Assembly (NCBI GenBank): GCA_964016885.1
Contig: OZ024747.1
Coordinates: 80,166,001 to 80,230,000 of the forward strand
DNA: 64,000 nt
Source of the DNA: Eledone cirrhosa
Lineage: Eukaryota
Reading direction: 5' to 3'
Shown: in pieces, positions 1 through 12,753 of the stretch
Numbering within the stretch: the first letter of the stretch is position 1
Layout of the letters: each line of letters begins with the position of its first letter
Program-made: the position numbers and the translations under genes
Notes under the pieces: model-generated
The model's database searches: none
Told to the model about the DNA's origin: nothing
The model's input: only the letters and a program-made list of their open reading frames with translations

Positions 1-83
1 TGCCAGTTTAGTCGCCAACGACCCGACCATGGGACAGGTTGTACTGGGATACATGTTACCAGTAGTACCAACTGGTGACCTGA
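1..83 (-). repeat. Partial copy of the dispersed repeat family also at 6958-7577
   Basis: Aligns by eye with 7493-7575 (tgcc(a/g)gtttagtcgcc...gacccgaccatg...ttaccagtag). Confidence 0.75.
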
Positions 84-167
84 TATATATACATACATAC
101 ATACATTCATACGTACATACATACATAATACATACATACATACATATATACATACATACATACATAC

Positions 168-620
168 GAAAATACAAACTGCCACCAAATTAAAGCACAA
201 CCGGCCTGATATTGTTGGTTGGGACCACACATTGAAAACGTGTTCTGTTGTGGAGATCAGCTGCCCACTTGATGTAAACGTTGTCAGAAAAATACAGGAG
301 AAGGAGGACATCTACGGACCATTGATGAGGAGTTTACAAATCCAGTATCCAAGATACACCTTTAGCTTCATACCCATCATTATTGGAGCTACGGGTTATA
401 TACCAACCCGCTTGGACCAAAGTATTACTGAACTTGGATTTGCGGACAAAGAGCGCAGCTCCCTAATTCATAGTCTACAAATGGCTGCGATAGCTGGCAC
501 TTTCATAATTTGCAAAACATTCTTGCGATTCAAGGGATGACAATTTCTTTTCTTTTACAACCTTGCCACCAGGAAGGTGGCCGGTCAAAAAATATACTCG
601 AAATTAAGAGAAAGAGATAA
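168..620 (+). mobile_element. 3' fragment of an R4/Dong-like non-LTR retrotransposon (restriction-like endonuclease + 3' UTR)
   Basis: Translates KHNRPDIV..WDHTLKTCSVVEISCP..EKEDIY..IPIIIGATG (PD-D/ExK RLE). Near-identical to 43809-44483. Flanked by (CATA)n. Confidence 0.88.
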
Positions 621-632
621 TATACATACATA

Positions 633-1090
633 CATGGTGGCTGCCAACTCGTTTTCGAGTACGGCCACTACTTTATATCCATGTAGGAGAACCCCTACCG
701 ATGCGCTGAACGAGTGTGACTTTTTAATCCAGCCAGCGACTTGAAAACTCTGGTACAAACACTACACTTATGACAATTATTGACACATAGTGCTGGGCCC
801 ATGGTACCATGTGACGACAAGTGCAGAGAGATCTGCAGATATAAAGCAATGCCTGTGCCGTGAAGCTTTTATAGTGAGCAAAGGCACTGCACAAAGCCAG
901 TCCCATTCTCTTAACCAAGATGATATTTACCAAAAAGAAGAACAAGTCAACATCATTGGATACCATCAGGGCTGCAGGTGTTATATCAGAGTTTTCCTTC
1001 TCCTAGAATTCTGCCTTGACAAAGGCTAAGGGGTCATCTCTCCCGGTGATTTTGGATGGCCATTGACTCTTAAGAGCTCCTTTGCCCTTT
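633..1090 (-). repeat. Non-autonomous dispersed repeat, probably RTE-related, between (CATA)n tracts
   Basis: Shares blocks (atggctgcc, gcaatgcctgtg, tgccttgacaaaggcta) with 6958-7430 and 21222-21538. The RTE link is inference. Confidence 0.6.
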
Positions 1091-1129
1091 GATACATACA
1101 TACATACATACATACATTTGAAGGGGGTT

Positions 1130-3300
1130 TCTCTAGATGGTCACTGAACCTGTTAGAAATACAGTCTGTTCGTGTATATCATATTCTACCCTGTTGCTAA
1201 CCACAGGGGTGGGTATTGTGAACTACATTGGGGTGTGGCAGTTGTATTCCTTGTGTCATGTGGTGTATATATCAAACACAGTATTTCTGTATAGTGAGAA
1301 TATTAATAAATGTTGCTTTACATTTGTCAGGATATGGTAGATGGGAGTGTTCTCTTGGTAGCAAAGTAATAGTTTCTGGTGTGTTGTATATGTACTTGGG
1401 TGTATGAAGATGAATTATCGCATAATAACAAGTACCTTTGGATCTTGTGGTAAAAATCCAGGCTGGCTGGCAGGTCTGCAGTACCTATGAATTCATTTTC
1501 TCGTAAAGGAATAACAACACAGTCGATATGAAGAAGCCCGTCGAGTGTAGTGTGACAGTAACTCAAAGTCTAGCCTTGTTATATATTCTGTCACCAGACC
1601 TGTCAACTCTTCTCGTCCAACGGGGAGATCTCCCACCCACTTTGGGTTGGGTGAGAGATGTTTTCTCTTGTGAAAATGGGTTATAGCTTTCATTATTTAA
1701 AAAGTAGAAACAATTATTTAAATCTCCCCATTTGCCTCATTTCTCCCCGTTTTGGGGCACTCTTTTTTCATGGTACTCCCTGTTTGGGTTTTTAAAGGTT
1801 GGTAGGTTTGACAATCTGTATTTTCATACGGTCGTATGATCTTTCAACAGAAGTATTTTATTTCCTTGTATGTCTGGTTATTTGATGTAGCCTGAGGTCT
1901 GTGCAACTTGTGATTATGTTAAGTAAATTACCTATATGTTTATTTTAATTTGTATTTGTTGTTATCTGTTGTTGAAACATTGGCTTCTCAGGCAGGATTA
2001 GCGTACTTCGTGATCGTTCTGATAAATTGTTTGTACACTTATTTTGATTCCTTTTATTCTAATGTAATTTTCTGCAAATGTTCTTAGTATATTTAAGCGT
2101 TAATTTTATTTCATTTTTATACTCTATTCTATGTATGCTGTTATTCATAATATTTTACTTTCTCTGTGTATGGTATGTCCATGTTATTGAGTGTCATGAC
2201 TTAACGCCGTAAGTAAGAAAAGACATGGGGTCTGATAGGGAAACCGTTAATATTTTTTTAGCCCAGAATTTATAGGAATTCTTGTGCAGTTATATTTGGA
2301 GAATAATATCAGGTGTTAGTGTTGTTCGCACACAAATCTGTGTTTGTATTGTAGGAGCGTGGAAAGGTCGTATAGGTACAAGTTATTGTAGCATATTTAA
2401 TCTCTGCGATGTTAAACCATGTTGAAAATGAAAAAATTAGATGCGTAGGATATATGAGTGTAAGTATACAAGTTTGATGTGATATTTGTAGACGTCTTGT
2501 AGTTTTAGAATTGTACCTAGTTTGCCTAATTTTATTGAGTTTAATTTATTGTGTAGGCTGAGGTCAGTCTCGATCTAACATACCTATTCAAAGATGTTTT
2601 AGCTTTGACAATCACGTTTATTTTAGGCAGTGTGAATTCAGGTTTAAATAATCTAAATATGCGCCTCCTCTTTTAAGAAGGTGACATGTAATATGAGGTA
2701 GATTTAGTTGCTATTTCTAGCAGATCAAACAACGATATAGACGCTTCTTTGTTGTATAATCTTTTACTGCCTGATTTGGGGTTTAAACTAGATGCAAATG
2801 TTTGCGAATTTTCTAGTTTCGTTTGTTTTATTTTGTATTTATTTTGTTGCTTTATGGTATCGCGAGGACGAGTTATGTTTGAAGTTGTCCATGGTTTTTA
2901 TTAGCTTATATATTTCAATCGTGAAGGTAGGGTTGAAGTTTTTTTTACACTGCCTTATGGGATATATGTTTTGAATGCTTCTGCAACTATTTACTTGAAT
3001 GTATGATCGACAATCTATTCTGGAGATTGTGCTGTTATTGAATTCTGTGAATTACAATTCTGTCGGTGGAAGCAGTTCCATTGGTTTTCTTTGATGTTCC
3101 CGAGAATGTTTTTGTATTAGTCGTTGACGTGTGAGTGTGATGTGACAATGATGATTGAGTTGGAGTTTTTACGAGAATTAGGGGACTGTTTTCCATGTGG
3201 TTATAATAACCTCAAGTATGGAACAGAAAAATGATTTATGAGGAAGATTTACCGCAGTCAGCTTGGTGTGCTATGTGTGTTGTTTAGGTTTCATACTACT
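1130..3300 (-). mobile_element. Possible highly decayed LINE (I/Jockey-like ORF2 relic)
   Basis: Manual minus-strand translation gives weak LINE-like pieces such as FK*IVAEAFKTYIP*G and AYLDY near 2660, with many stops. Boundaries are approximate. Confidence 0.3.
1595..1810. mobile_element. hAT-like MITE, about 200 bp, copy 1
   Basis: TIRs cagacctgtcaac / gttggtaggtttg. Reverse complement of 5947-6141 and 16716-16910. Confidence 0.8.
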
Positions 3301-3384
3301 GTGTCACCTCTAATGTTATCTGTAATGTTTAAGATGACTGGATTGATAACTCGCCAATGAAAGCATGTCCAAGTAATATAATTA

Positions 3385-3565
3385 TTTCTACTTTTGACAC
3401 AAGGCCAGCAATTACCCCAGTGCATTGCTGGTACTTTATTTTATCGACCCTGTAAGGATGAAAGGCAAAGTTAACCTCGGCAGGATTTGAACTCAGACCG
3501 GAAAGGGACATTGCTGGAAAGCATGGTTTCTGACACACTACCGATACTGCCAATCCACTGCCCTT
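3385..3565 (-). mobile_element. tRNA-derived SINE with a MetaSINE-like central domain
   Basis: Minus strand has A-box-like tggcagtatcggt, B-box gagttcaaatcc and gcctttcatcctt...gtcgataaaataaagtaccag. At least 5 copies in the window. Confidence 0.85.
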
Positions 3566-3787
3566 AATGTTCAGGTAATATAATAACAAAGTACAAATAA
3601 ATAGGATGATTGCTGAAGTTGATAATATCATGTAAGTATTTTTCATGTTAAAGGTATTTTTAGTAATGGAATTTAATTTGGTATTCTTGTCAATGAACTC
3701 TTTTGTCGAAACTGGTATATATTTCGATAGAGTTTGTGACGTCTTTACACTAGGTTGCATATCTTTATGTAATATATAAAGTATGTA

Positions 3788-3920
3788 TTGTAGTTTGGCC
3801 TTTCCTATCTTATTGGACCTTCTCTAGGACGTCAGGGTTTTGGGTTGGAATTGTAGTTTGGCCTTTACTATCTTATTGGACCTTCTCTAGGACGTCAGGG
3901 TTTTGGGTTTGAATTGTAGT
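3788..3920. repeat. 63-bp tandem duplication
   Basis: ttgtagtttggccttt.ctatcttattggaccttctctaggacgtcagggttttgggtt.gaa occurs twice. Confidence 0.9.
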
Positions 3921-4287
3921 TCTTGCATAGTTATTGTTTATCTCTTTATTGAACTCCAGGTTAGTACTGCTTGAGTAGACGTATGACCCAAATCATTCCA
4001 TCCATGGCTTTCTTGTCTTTCTTCAGGGTATCTAGTACTACGCTATTTATTGTGTCTTTCCTTGTTTGAGCGAGTGGAATTTGATTTGATGGATATTTGG
4101 TTAATATTTCTAGCAGATCGAACAGATCGAACGCCTATGTAGAAGTCCTCTCGTGTTGTTGTTGAGACCCATGCCAGTCGTTAGTAAGAGCAGAACTATG
4201 AGAAAAGGTTATCTAGTTGTGACCCTCTGGTTTTTTTTTCTATAAAAAGAAGAGTAGGATGTGATTTGGGGGAGATTTGGCTGCCAT

Positions 4288-4410
4288 GTGTGAAGGCGTA
4301 TGACTGAGTGGTTAGATAATTGGATTCACAATCTTGAGGTTGTGAGTTCCATTCCTGGACCGGATGATGTGTTATGTCCTTGAGCAAGACACTCTATTTC
4401 ACGTTGTTCC
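4288..4410 (+). mobile_element. tRNA-derived SINE, second family (CORE-like domain)
   Basis: tgactgagtggttag...gagttccattcc followed by gtccttgagcaagacact. Related copies at about 23205-23520 and 41451-41496. Confidence 0.65.
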
Positions 4411-4934
4411 TTCTACCTGGAGTTGCGACCGATAGATAGTACTAGCAACTGGAAAGACCGACGAAAACATTTTTCCCTCGGTCCAATTTGACGAAAGTCG
4501 ATCGATTTTTTTTTGGCTGCCATTTCTAACAAATTGAACAACTCTGTAGACGTTCCCTCGCTGAATCCTTGTTATATGAATGTCGTCAGTGGTGACGCAT
4601 TTTCTCAGGTTCATACACATATTTTAAACCTGTTTCCCTATGCTGGTTGCTTTTATACTATAAACAGGTTGTGATGTTTTCCTTTGTTGATCACGGAAAA
4701 AATTGCTTGTTATCACTCGTTTGTATGAAGGCCTTTAGTAGATTGTTATTGCCGTTGTAATTGATGACAATCTCAAAGCTTGCCTAATGTTTTTCATTTA
4801 AGCTTGAAGTGGAGAGGCTTTCCATCTGGTTACTGAAGTACTCCCAGCAGAGTTGTCTTCTCTGGATTCTATTTTCGTTTTCGACAGAACATGAACATGG
4901 AAAATTTCCGCAACCATCTCAAAACATACCTTAC

Positions 4935-5036
4935 AACCACCGTCATTACTTCTATCATAATAAATCCTTAACCCAACACCCGACTCTAACAACGCCACCA
5001 CCGCCGCCGTCACCATCACTACCATCAACGCCGTCG

Positions 5037-5071
<35 letters not shown>

Positions 5072-5465
5072 GTCATCATAATCATAACCAATACCACTAC
5101 CACTGCCATCAACGTCATCATCATAATCATCATCAGCAGCAGCATTATCATCATAACCACTACCACCACCACTACCATCAACATCATCATCATCACCACA
5201 CTTCTCTTCCTCGCCATCTTCGCCATCTCTAACAACAACGGTAGTATAGGCCATAACACTAGCATCAATCCCGAGAACCACAACATGATGAATAAAGATA
5301 GTATCAAGAACAACGGGAACACTAAGAGCCCCCCCCCCCCCCCCCCTCCACCCCAAACAATAGTGAAAGTAGCTTCAACATCCTCATAATGAACAGCAGT
5401 AACATTAGTAACCATAGCAATGAGCAGCAACAACAAAAACACCAAACCCTAACAATAACATATTA
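4935..5465. repeat. Compound (CAT)/(ACC)/(AAC) low-complexity region
   Basis: Visible trinucleotide runs plus a C-homopolymer near 5328-5346. Confidence 0.9.
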
Positions 5466-5946
5466 TGATTGGTTTTGGCATGTGCAAGAATTTCGCTGTG
5501 GCCTAGTTTCGTTCTGGCAGGTTCGGTATTTAGGAAGCAGTGAGTGTGAAATACGATTGGTGCTTTCTGGAATGAATTGGAAGAAATTGATGAGGCGTGA
5601 CTGAGAAAGGAAAACATACGTACATGCACGAAACAATTGCTAAAACAGTAACGTGTTGAATATACAAATGTTGATGTTTGATAAAGTGTTGATGGAAACT
5701 ACAGTGATTTTATTTGGCGTGTGGTATTGATGTAGGTTAATACTAAGGCAAGAAGATTAGATGTCAGGTATGGATGGATTTGTTGATGGGCGGTATCATG
5801 GAAGGATTAATGAAAATATAAATATATAGTTGTAGAAATCAAACGCTACTGAGCTATGAGATCATAGGTCTTACATTGTTGTTGTTATTGTTGCTGTTTT
5901 TACCTCAATAGAAGTTCAATATTACAACCCGGCCCGGGTTTTAGAG

Positions 5947-6141
5947 CAGGCCTACCAAACTCTAAAAATCCAAACGGGGAACACCATGAAAAAAAGTGTC
6001 CCAAAACGGGGAGAAATTAGTCAAAATGGAGAGAATTTACATAATGAAAACTATGCCCACTTTCACAAGAGAAGAGATCTCTCACCCACCCCAAAGTGGG
6101 TGGGAGAGACCCCCGTCGAACTGGGAGAGATGACAGGTCTG
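5947..6141. mobile_element. hAT-like MITE, copy 2, with 8-bp TSD
   Basis: caggcctacca...tgacaggtctg flanked by the direct repeat ttttagag at 5939-5946 and 6142-6149. 8-bp TSDs are typical of hAT. Confidence 0.85.
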
Positions 6142-6957
6142 TTTTAGAGACAGAATGACATCAACTCTAATTTACTTAAAATTTGAAACTTCTTGATGAC
6201 TGTACTATTAGAATAATTTCGGTGTCACTTTAGCGTGCAGTTTACCTGGTTATGTAGAAGGGTTTCATAAAAGCAGTCTTATCGAAACTAATATCATGAT
6301 TGCGTTTTTGTTCACATTTATTAAAAGTACCATGTGTCGATAGGTTTGCTAAAATAAAAGAATAAAAAGTTTATTAAAAGAAATATCAACCCTCACCCTG
6401 ACTTAACTACAACACCAGCTGAAGTTTCAGTCAATTGGTCAGGTCATTTACACAATTAAAATCATCTGTTAACATTATGTTGTCTATTCAGTGTGGTAAA
6501 GTTTGTAGAACAAAATTCTACCATTCACACTTCAACTCGACGTAAATTAGTTTCAAAATAGTTGATGCACAAAGCTTTATAAAAATACAACAAAAATGTA
6601 TATATGGTGTCATACGAATGCTACAATATAACAAAATTGTTTTAAGTATAAAGAAAGTGTTCAAGCACCGAAATATTATAAAGACAGCTTATAAAATAAT
6701 GGAAGATATGGGGTTCAATTAATCATAGAGGCCAATGGTGACTTCTTTTTCCGTTTTTTAAGGGTGTTCACCCTATTTTATAATCTATCTTTATAGCATT
6801 ACTGCCCTTAAGCACTTTCTTTTACTTATACATATACATATATTCTCAGCGTTTAAAAGCCCGAAAGTTCGGATCTAGCTGTTGAAACGGCAGGAGTTCA
6901 GCCGTCGGGGTCCCGAAGTTTTCATATATATATATATTTCATATATATATATATATA

Positions 6958-7577
6958 CATGATGGCTGCCCCCTCGTTATGGAGTATGGCCATTGCACGA
7001 TATACCATTATTAATAATTATTAATTAATTCTATCGTGCAATGCCTGTGTGAAGATATTTTTTAAAGTGAGGAAAGACTGTGCACTGAGCCAATCCCACT
7101 CTCTGAGCGACAGTAGCCATAACCCGAAAAGAAGAAAAGATCAACATCATCGGTAACTACTGAGCGGCAGGTTTTATATCGGAGTTATCCCAGTTTCCTG
7201 AGCTGCTCTCCTAGAAGAATGCCTTGACAAAGGCTAGGGGTCCTTCACTCCCAGTGGTTTAACCGCGCGATCGGGTATCCAGCCCGACTATTTCTATGTC
7301 CCCGCGCATATACATACACATGCACCCATGCATATACACATATACATATACATACATATGTACATGTGTATATACATATTTACACACTTTTGGATTGACT
7401 CTTATGAGTTCTTCCGCCCTTTGTCAGGTTTTGTTTTTTTGTCCTGCAGGGTGTCCAAAATCACCCTCCTCACCAAGTAAACTTGATGGGGTTGCCGGTT
7501 TAGTCGCCGACGACCCGACCATGCGACAGGTTGTACTGGGTTACATGTTACCAGTAGCACTCAAGAGTGACCCAACA
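6958..7577 (-). repeat. Non-autonomous dispersed repeat (RTE-related?) with an internal microsatellite
   Basis: 6958-7310 is close to the reverse complement of 21222-21538, and 7493-7575 matches 1-83. Confidence 0.7.
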
Positions 7578-7602
7578 TAATGTATATATATACATACATA
7601 CA

Positions 7603-7718
<116 letters not shown>

Positions 7719-8730
7719 TTGTGTGAGAATACAATGAGCAAAGAAAGTTATTGGTCAGTGTCTAATATATTTTTCCTTGTGGAAAATATAGGAAATAGTT
7801 CCAGCTACATTTCTGTTTTCTTCAGTAAAGTCTGACCTCCCCGTACCAACTAAAGTAATAATAAATGAATTACTTAGTATAATACATAAGATTGTACATT
7901 TACAATTTGGTACAGATTCCGAGAGATGCTATTTCTAATAGTTTCGTTCTATAAAAGAATTAAGATTGACCCCTCTTCCATTTATCGCTTTGAAACACGA
8001 GCCAAGCGCCAGTACTAAAAAAGCTCTTTGGGACGAGTAGAAGTATTTTTATATTTAATTTAAGTAGATGTATAGAATGATAGAAAGATAGTTCAGAGTT
8101 GTGTTGATAGACTGGCAGATTGATAGATTTTGGGATGGGTGTATGTAGTAAGTTAATACGATGGTAGAGGGCCTAAGATGGGGTTGGAAGATGAAAACTT
8201 GATGGATGGGTAAATGGAATCAAAGATGGATGGATAGGTGAAGGGGGTTGACGGAGAGATTAATACATTGGATGGTCGATAGGTGAAGAGATTGATAGAT
8301 TGGTTAGTACCCAGGGTGGTCGGGGAGATTAGAGGATGCGGGATGTGAGATGGAAGAACGTGTGGGATAAGTAGAAAAAAGATATATCAATATTAAGATA
8401 GGTAGAGTGGAATTGATAGAATGGATGATAGACCAAGATATAAAAATAAATGTATGGGCAGTGAGAGTTGAAAGGAAATGAGAATATTTTATAAAAAAAT
8501 GGAGAGTCGGAAAAAAAGCAAATGAAATATTAAAAAAGATTTATTATTGAGAAAGAAAGGAAATAAGAACAGAATGAAAACAGAAGAGACATAAAAAGTA
8601 GGATGAGGAGTTTGGTAAAAGACAAAACAAAATGGTGGAGATGGAGGAAGATGGCGTCAATGAAAAAGAAATTGAGAGAGATTAGTATTTATTAAATGAT
8701 AGATTAGATAAGATATATCTATCTATCTAT

Positions 8731-8820
8731 CAATATTTTTACACCATTGTATGTAAAATCCCCGGCATGTGTCTTTGTTTCGTCCCCTTTTCTTGTGCGC
8801 CCTTGTGGCTAATAAAGAAA
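8731..8820 (+). mobile_element. Tx1/L1 3' UTR stub
   Basis: Ends cccttgtggctaataaagaaa followed by (TCTA)n, like the longer copies. Confidence 0.75.
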
Positions 8821-8858
8821 TCTATCTATCTATCTATCTCTCTATCTATCTATCTATC

Positions 8859-10124
8859 TTTTATAGCGTCCGTCATCTACTACCGCTTGACCGTCGTGCC
8901 TTGTCCAGCCAAAACTCTCACCAAAATGAATCGCGCGCTCTTCCAATTCCTTTGGAAGAAACGGCCCCCTTTGGTGAGAAGATCCATCTGCTGCCAACAC
9001 CCTTCAAACGGAGGGCTGGGGATGCCGTGGCTAACGATGCGCAAACACGCGTTCAGGCTGCGGAACCTCCACGTATTCCTCACCGGACAACCGGTGTGGG
9101 CCCCGTTCGTGAGGCGAGCCTTCCTACGACTCGTCTTGCTGACTGAGCTGCAGTCCTGGGTCAAGCAAAGACCGAGGAAAATGGGCGACTGGCACATCGA
9201 ATGTGCTCAGGCACTCACAGCCCTCTGGCAGGCGGACCCGGCCATCAGTGGAGACTCCACTTCTATAGAGGGTTGGTCCGCAGCAAGTGCGACCACGCGC
9301 TCGGAGAAACTCTAGGCGTAGAGGAAGACGAACTGGCCAGTCTGTTCGGTAGGACTTTCCGCCCGGGACCGATGGACAACTTCCAAAAGTCCCTGGCCTG
9401 GGAGTGCTACCGAGGAGCTCTACCAGTTCGAGACAAGCTCTACAGACATGGGCGCCCGGGCAGGGACCCTGCGAAAAAGATCTGTCCGAGATGCGTGCGA
9501 GACGAAGAAACCGTCGCGCACGCATTCGTACACTGCTCGGGCGTTACCGATCTGTGGGCTATGTAGAACGACTATTGTCGCGGGTGGGACCAATCCGGTT
9601 GACCACCGAGTCCATTGTCATGATCAAACCGCCACCCTTCTTAAAAAACGAAGGATAGGCGGTTTTCCTTTGTGCTATGGCGAAAGTGGTTGTATGGTGG
9701 ACGAGGTTAAAAGGGCTGAGGTCAGACACCTTTCTCTCCGGCCAACAACTGATTCTTTTTTTCAAATACCACTTTGGAAGAAGAATCAGGATGGAGAGAG
9801 AGGTGCTGTACCCAGCAAGTTTTATGAAAGGTGGGTGAAAGTGACGAGAATGGCCCGAGTGAATAAGCCTTCTCTCTATATCAGCCTGTAGGTTGAGGAA
9901 AAGGAGGAGAGGAAAGGAGTACAAACTCTTCGTACTCCTGGAGATGAGGGTTACACATTTTTTCGGGGGTATGTGTTACCCATATGAACTGTCTCCCACT
10001 ATTGGGGAAAATCGATTAATTTTTAAATTGCATTTGTGATAACATTTTACACATTTTTATTGTATGTAAACTTCCCCCTTTGTATTTGTCCCCTTCTCTT
10101 GTGCCCCTGTGGCTAATAAAGAAA
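8859..10124 (+). mobile_element. 5'-truncated Tx1-clade L1 LINE (ORF2 C-terminus with zf-RVT-like CCHC, frameshifted, + 3' UTR)
   Basis: FQFLWK..PLVRRSICCQHPSNGGLGMP; W..YRGALPVRDKLYRH; CPRCVRDEETVAHAFVHC; ends aataaagaaa. Confidence 0.9.
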
Positions 10125-10135
10125 CATATCTATCT

Positions 10136-10625
10136 TGAAGGAGAGGCGGTTTTCTTCTGTCTGGTGGGTATGGCGAAAGAGGTAATATAATGGACGAGGT
10201 TAAAAGGAGTGAGGGCAAACACCTTTCTCTCCGGACAACAACTCCTCCCCTCCAGAAGGAAGGTGAGATGGAGAGAGAGGTGCTACACCCCAGTAAATTC
10301 GCTGAAAGGTGGGTGAATGTGGCGAAAATGGCTCGAGTGAATGAACCTTCTCTATATATAAACTTGTAGCTTGAGGAAGATAAACAGAGGGAAGACGGGA
10401 ACACCTATAAAACGTGTTCCTGGTGTTGAGGGTTGTTCTATCCACGGGGTGTAAAACAACCCCGCAGTAACGTACCCGCCCCTATTGGGGATATCAATTG
10501 TTATTTTATTATATATAGTTTATTGTTATTTATTAATGTTAAAGTTATATGATTTTTATGTAAAAACCCCGCCGTCACGTCTTGTAATGTCCCATTTTTG
10601 TACGCCCCTGTGGCAAATAAAGAAA
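10136..10625 (+). mobile_element. Tx1/L1 3' fragment
   Basis: Near-identical to 22647-23142. Ends gtggcaaataaagaaa then (ATCT)n. Confidence 0.85.
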
Positions 10626-10656
10626 GATATCTATCTACCTACCTATCTATCTATCT

Positions 10657-10777
10657 ATTGGGGAAAATCGACTTTTTAAATTGCATTTGTGATAACATTT
10701 TACACGTTTTTATTGTATGTAAACTTCCCCCTTTGTATTTGTCCCCTTCTTTTGTGCCCCTGTGGCTAATAAAGAAA
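10657..10777 (+). mobile_element. Tx1/L1 3' UTR stub
   Basis: Near-identical to 9999-10124. Confidence 0.8.
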
Positions 10778-11308
10778 CATATCTATCTATCTATCTGTCT
10801 ATCTATCTATATATCTATCTATGTATCGATCTATGTATTTATCTATCCATCCATCAATTTTGCACACATATATATAAGTTTCCTCACGAAAGAAAACGAA
10901 ACATGTGGGATAAATGAACAAAAGCGTCTATCTTCCTCATGAGCTACCACACGGACAATGCAATTTCGTGCATAAGTGTGGCTAGTATAATGGAACAGGC
11001 CACTGGAAAGATGCACATGAGACAGACAACACAACAACATAGAGATAGGAAACAAGTCATAACGTTTCAGACACTAGTCATAGATGGGTAGTCTATATAG
11101 GTGGGTGAATACATACGAGTGTATGTGGCATATACACATGAATCTCACAAGGCATATATTAATTTACCAAATAAGGTCATTATTTCACGAGAGTTCCCTC
11201 AACTAATTAAAAAGATGTCGGAGCTGTGAACAATGTCCATATGAAATAAATAAACGGAAATAATGCATCTCGAGTATACAGAGAGAGAGAGCGAGCGAGC
11301 GAGAGAGA

Positions 11309-11373
<65 letters not shown>

Positions 11374-11512
11374 TGTCAAACGGGAGGAAGTGATGGAGAG
11401 GGAGTAGCAGAAAGTGAGTGAGTGAAAGTGTGAGGAAGAGGCTAACAGAGAGAGTGAGTGGCAGAGGGGGTAATAAGAAACTGAGAGATACAGAGAAAGG
11501 GGAAGCAGTAAG

Positions 11513-11752
11513 ATCTCTCGTCTACGATTTCACAAACTTATGTTCATCGGTTTCAGGGACTTGACTCCTTCTTCCTCACTTTTCGTTGCATTACCATCTT
11601 TGTTTGTTTACTGTCTCGCTCGGTCCCCCTATTTACGTGTCCCAACGACTTTCTTTAGCCGTTGCTCGCACCAACCAGACGTATATGGTCTTTAAAGCGA
11701 TGAAATATCAATGAAGGCTGGAAGATCACTGATGAAGGACTAATTTTATTTA
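11513..11752 (+). repeat. Repeat ending in the 5' half of a hammerhead (CTGATGA) truncated at (TA)n
   Basis: Homologous to the reverse complement of 59735-60105. CTGATGA at 11729-11735, followed by aggac...(TA)n. Confidence 0.6.
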
Positions 11753-11762
11753 TATATACATA

Positions 11763-12082
11763 TATAGTGAAAAGATAACAAGGACGATTGGTTACTCCTT
11801 CATTACATTTATTGGTTGGTGACGCGCGTTTCGCTACTGATCAGCTCAAGGTTCGATCTGTAGCGATCTGTAATCTGCGCAGATTACAGAGTCGGGTAAG
11901 ATCGATACAGATCGAACCTTGAGCTGATCAGTGGCGAAACGCGCGTCACCAACCAATAAATGTAATGTTATCTTTTCACTATAATACACTCTGTCTAGCT
12001 CTACACCTCGACACTGAAGTGAACCTAAACATCGAGTGCTCAGCCGGGTAAACCTACAGTAACTCCAACTTACACTCCCTTG

Positions 12083-12083
<1 letters not shown>
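11763..12083 (+). mobile_element. PLE-type fold-back palindrome with tail, family B
   Basis: Arms 11801-11862 / 11906-11967, outer arms 11763-11780 / 11966-11983, perfect inner hairpin 11867-11890. GAAACGCGCGTC at 11936-11947. About 100-nt tail. (TA)n on both sides. Confidence 0.75.
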
Positions 12084-12115
<32 letters not shown>

Positions 12116-12118
12116 CAT

Positions 12119-12259
<141 letters not shown>

Positions 12260-12302
12260 CATACATACATACACACACACATATATTCATATATATATGT
12301 AT

Positions 12303-12722
12303 ATATCAATGATATTAATAAATGGAAACAATATTTATAAAACCATATTTAGTCTATTATATATATTTTAAGGGTACCAAAACTTTGGTACGCTCTCATC
12401 AGATAAAATACAAAATTTGTTTTATAAATAGTGACATACCGAGGAATCAGACCTTAACGATTCAAGTTCCGGAACTTGAATCGTTAAGATCTGATTCCTC
12501 GGTATGTCACTATTTATAAAACAAATTTTGTATTTTATCTGATGAGAGCGTACCAAAGTTTTGGTACCCTTAAAATATATATAATAGACTAAATATGGTT
12601 TTATAAATATTGTTTCCATTTATTAATTTCATTGATATTATACCCCAGAAAATCTGTCGAGTGCTTCGAACCTGTTATAAATATATTTGTTGAATTACCA
12701 ACAAATTAAATATCCCTTTGCG
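12303..12722 (+). mobile_element. PLE-type fold-back palindrome with tail, family A (homologous to the pLTR of the 27.6-31.5 kb element)
   Basis: Spacerless palindrome centred at 12470/12471 with about 168-bp arms. CTGATGA at 12539. Tail 12639-12722 resembles 31398-31486. Confidence 0.88.

Positions 12723-12753
<31 letters not shown>

Noticed and set aside
4798-5445. 215-aa and 133-aa minus-strand ORFs (Met/Val-rich or Asp/Gly-rich)
   Set aside because: They are translations of trinucleotide microsatellites with no domain signal.
7490-7577. HDV-like ribozyme at the 5' end of the RTE-related repeat (also 1-83)
   Set aside because: A hairpin and a CTAA motif are present, but I could not build P1, P3 and P1.1 consistently.
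12322-12619. Near-identical 65-aa ORFs on opposite strands (also 27731/31032 and 56620/56755)
   Set aside because: These are a by-product of the DNA palindromes, not genes.
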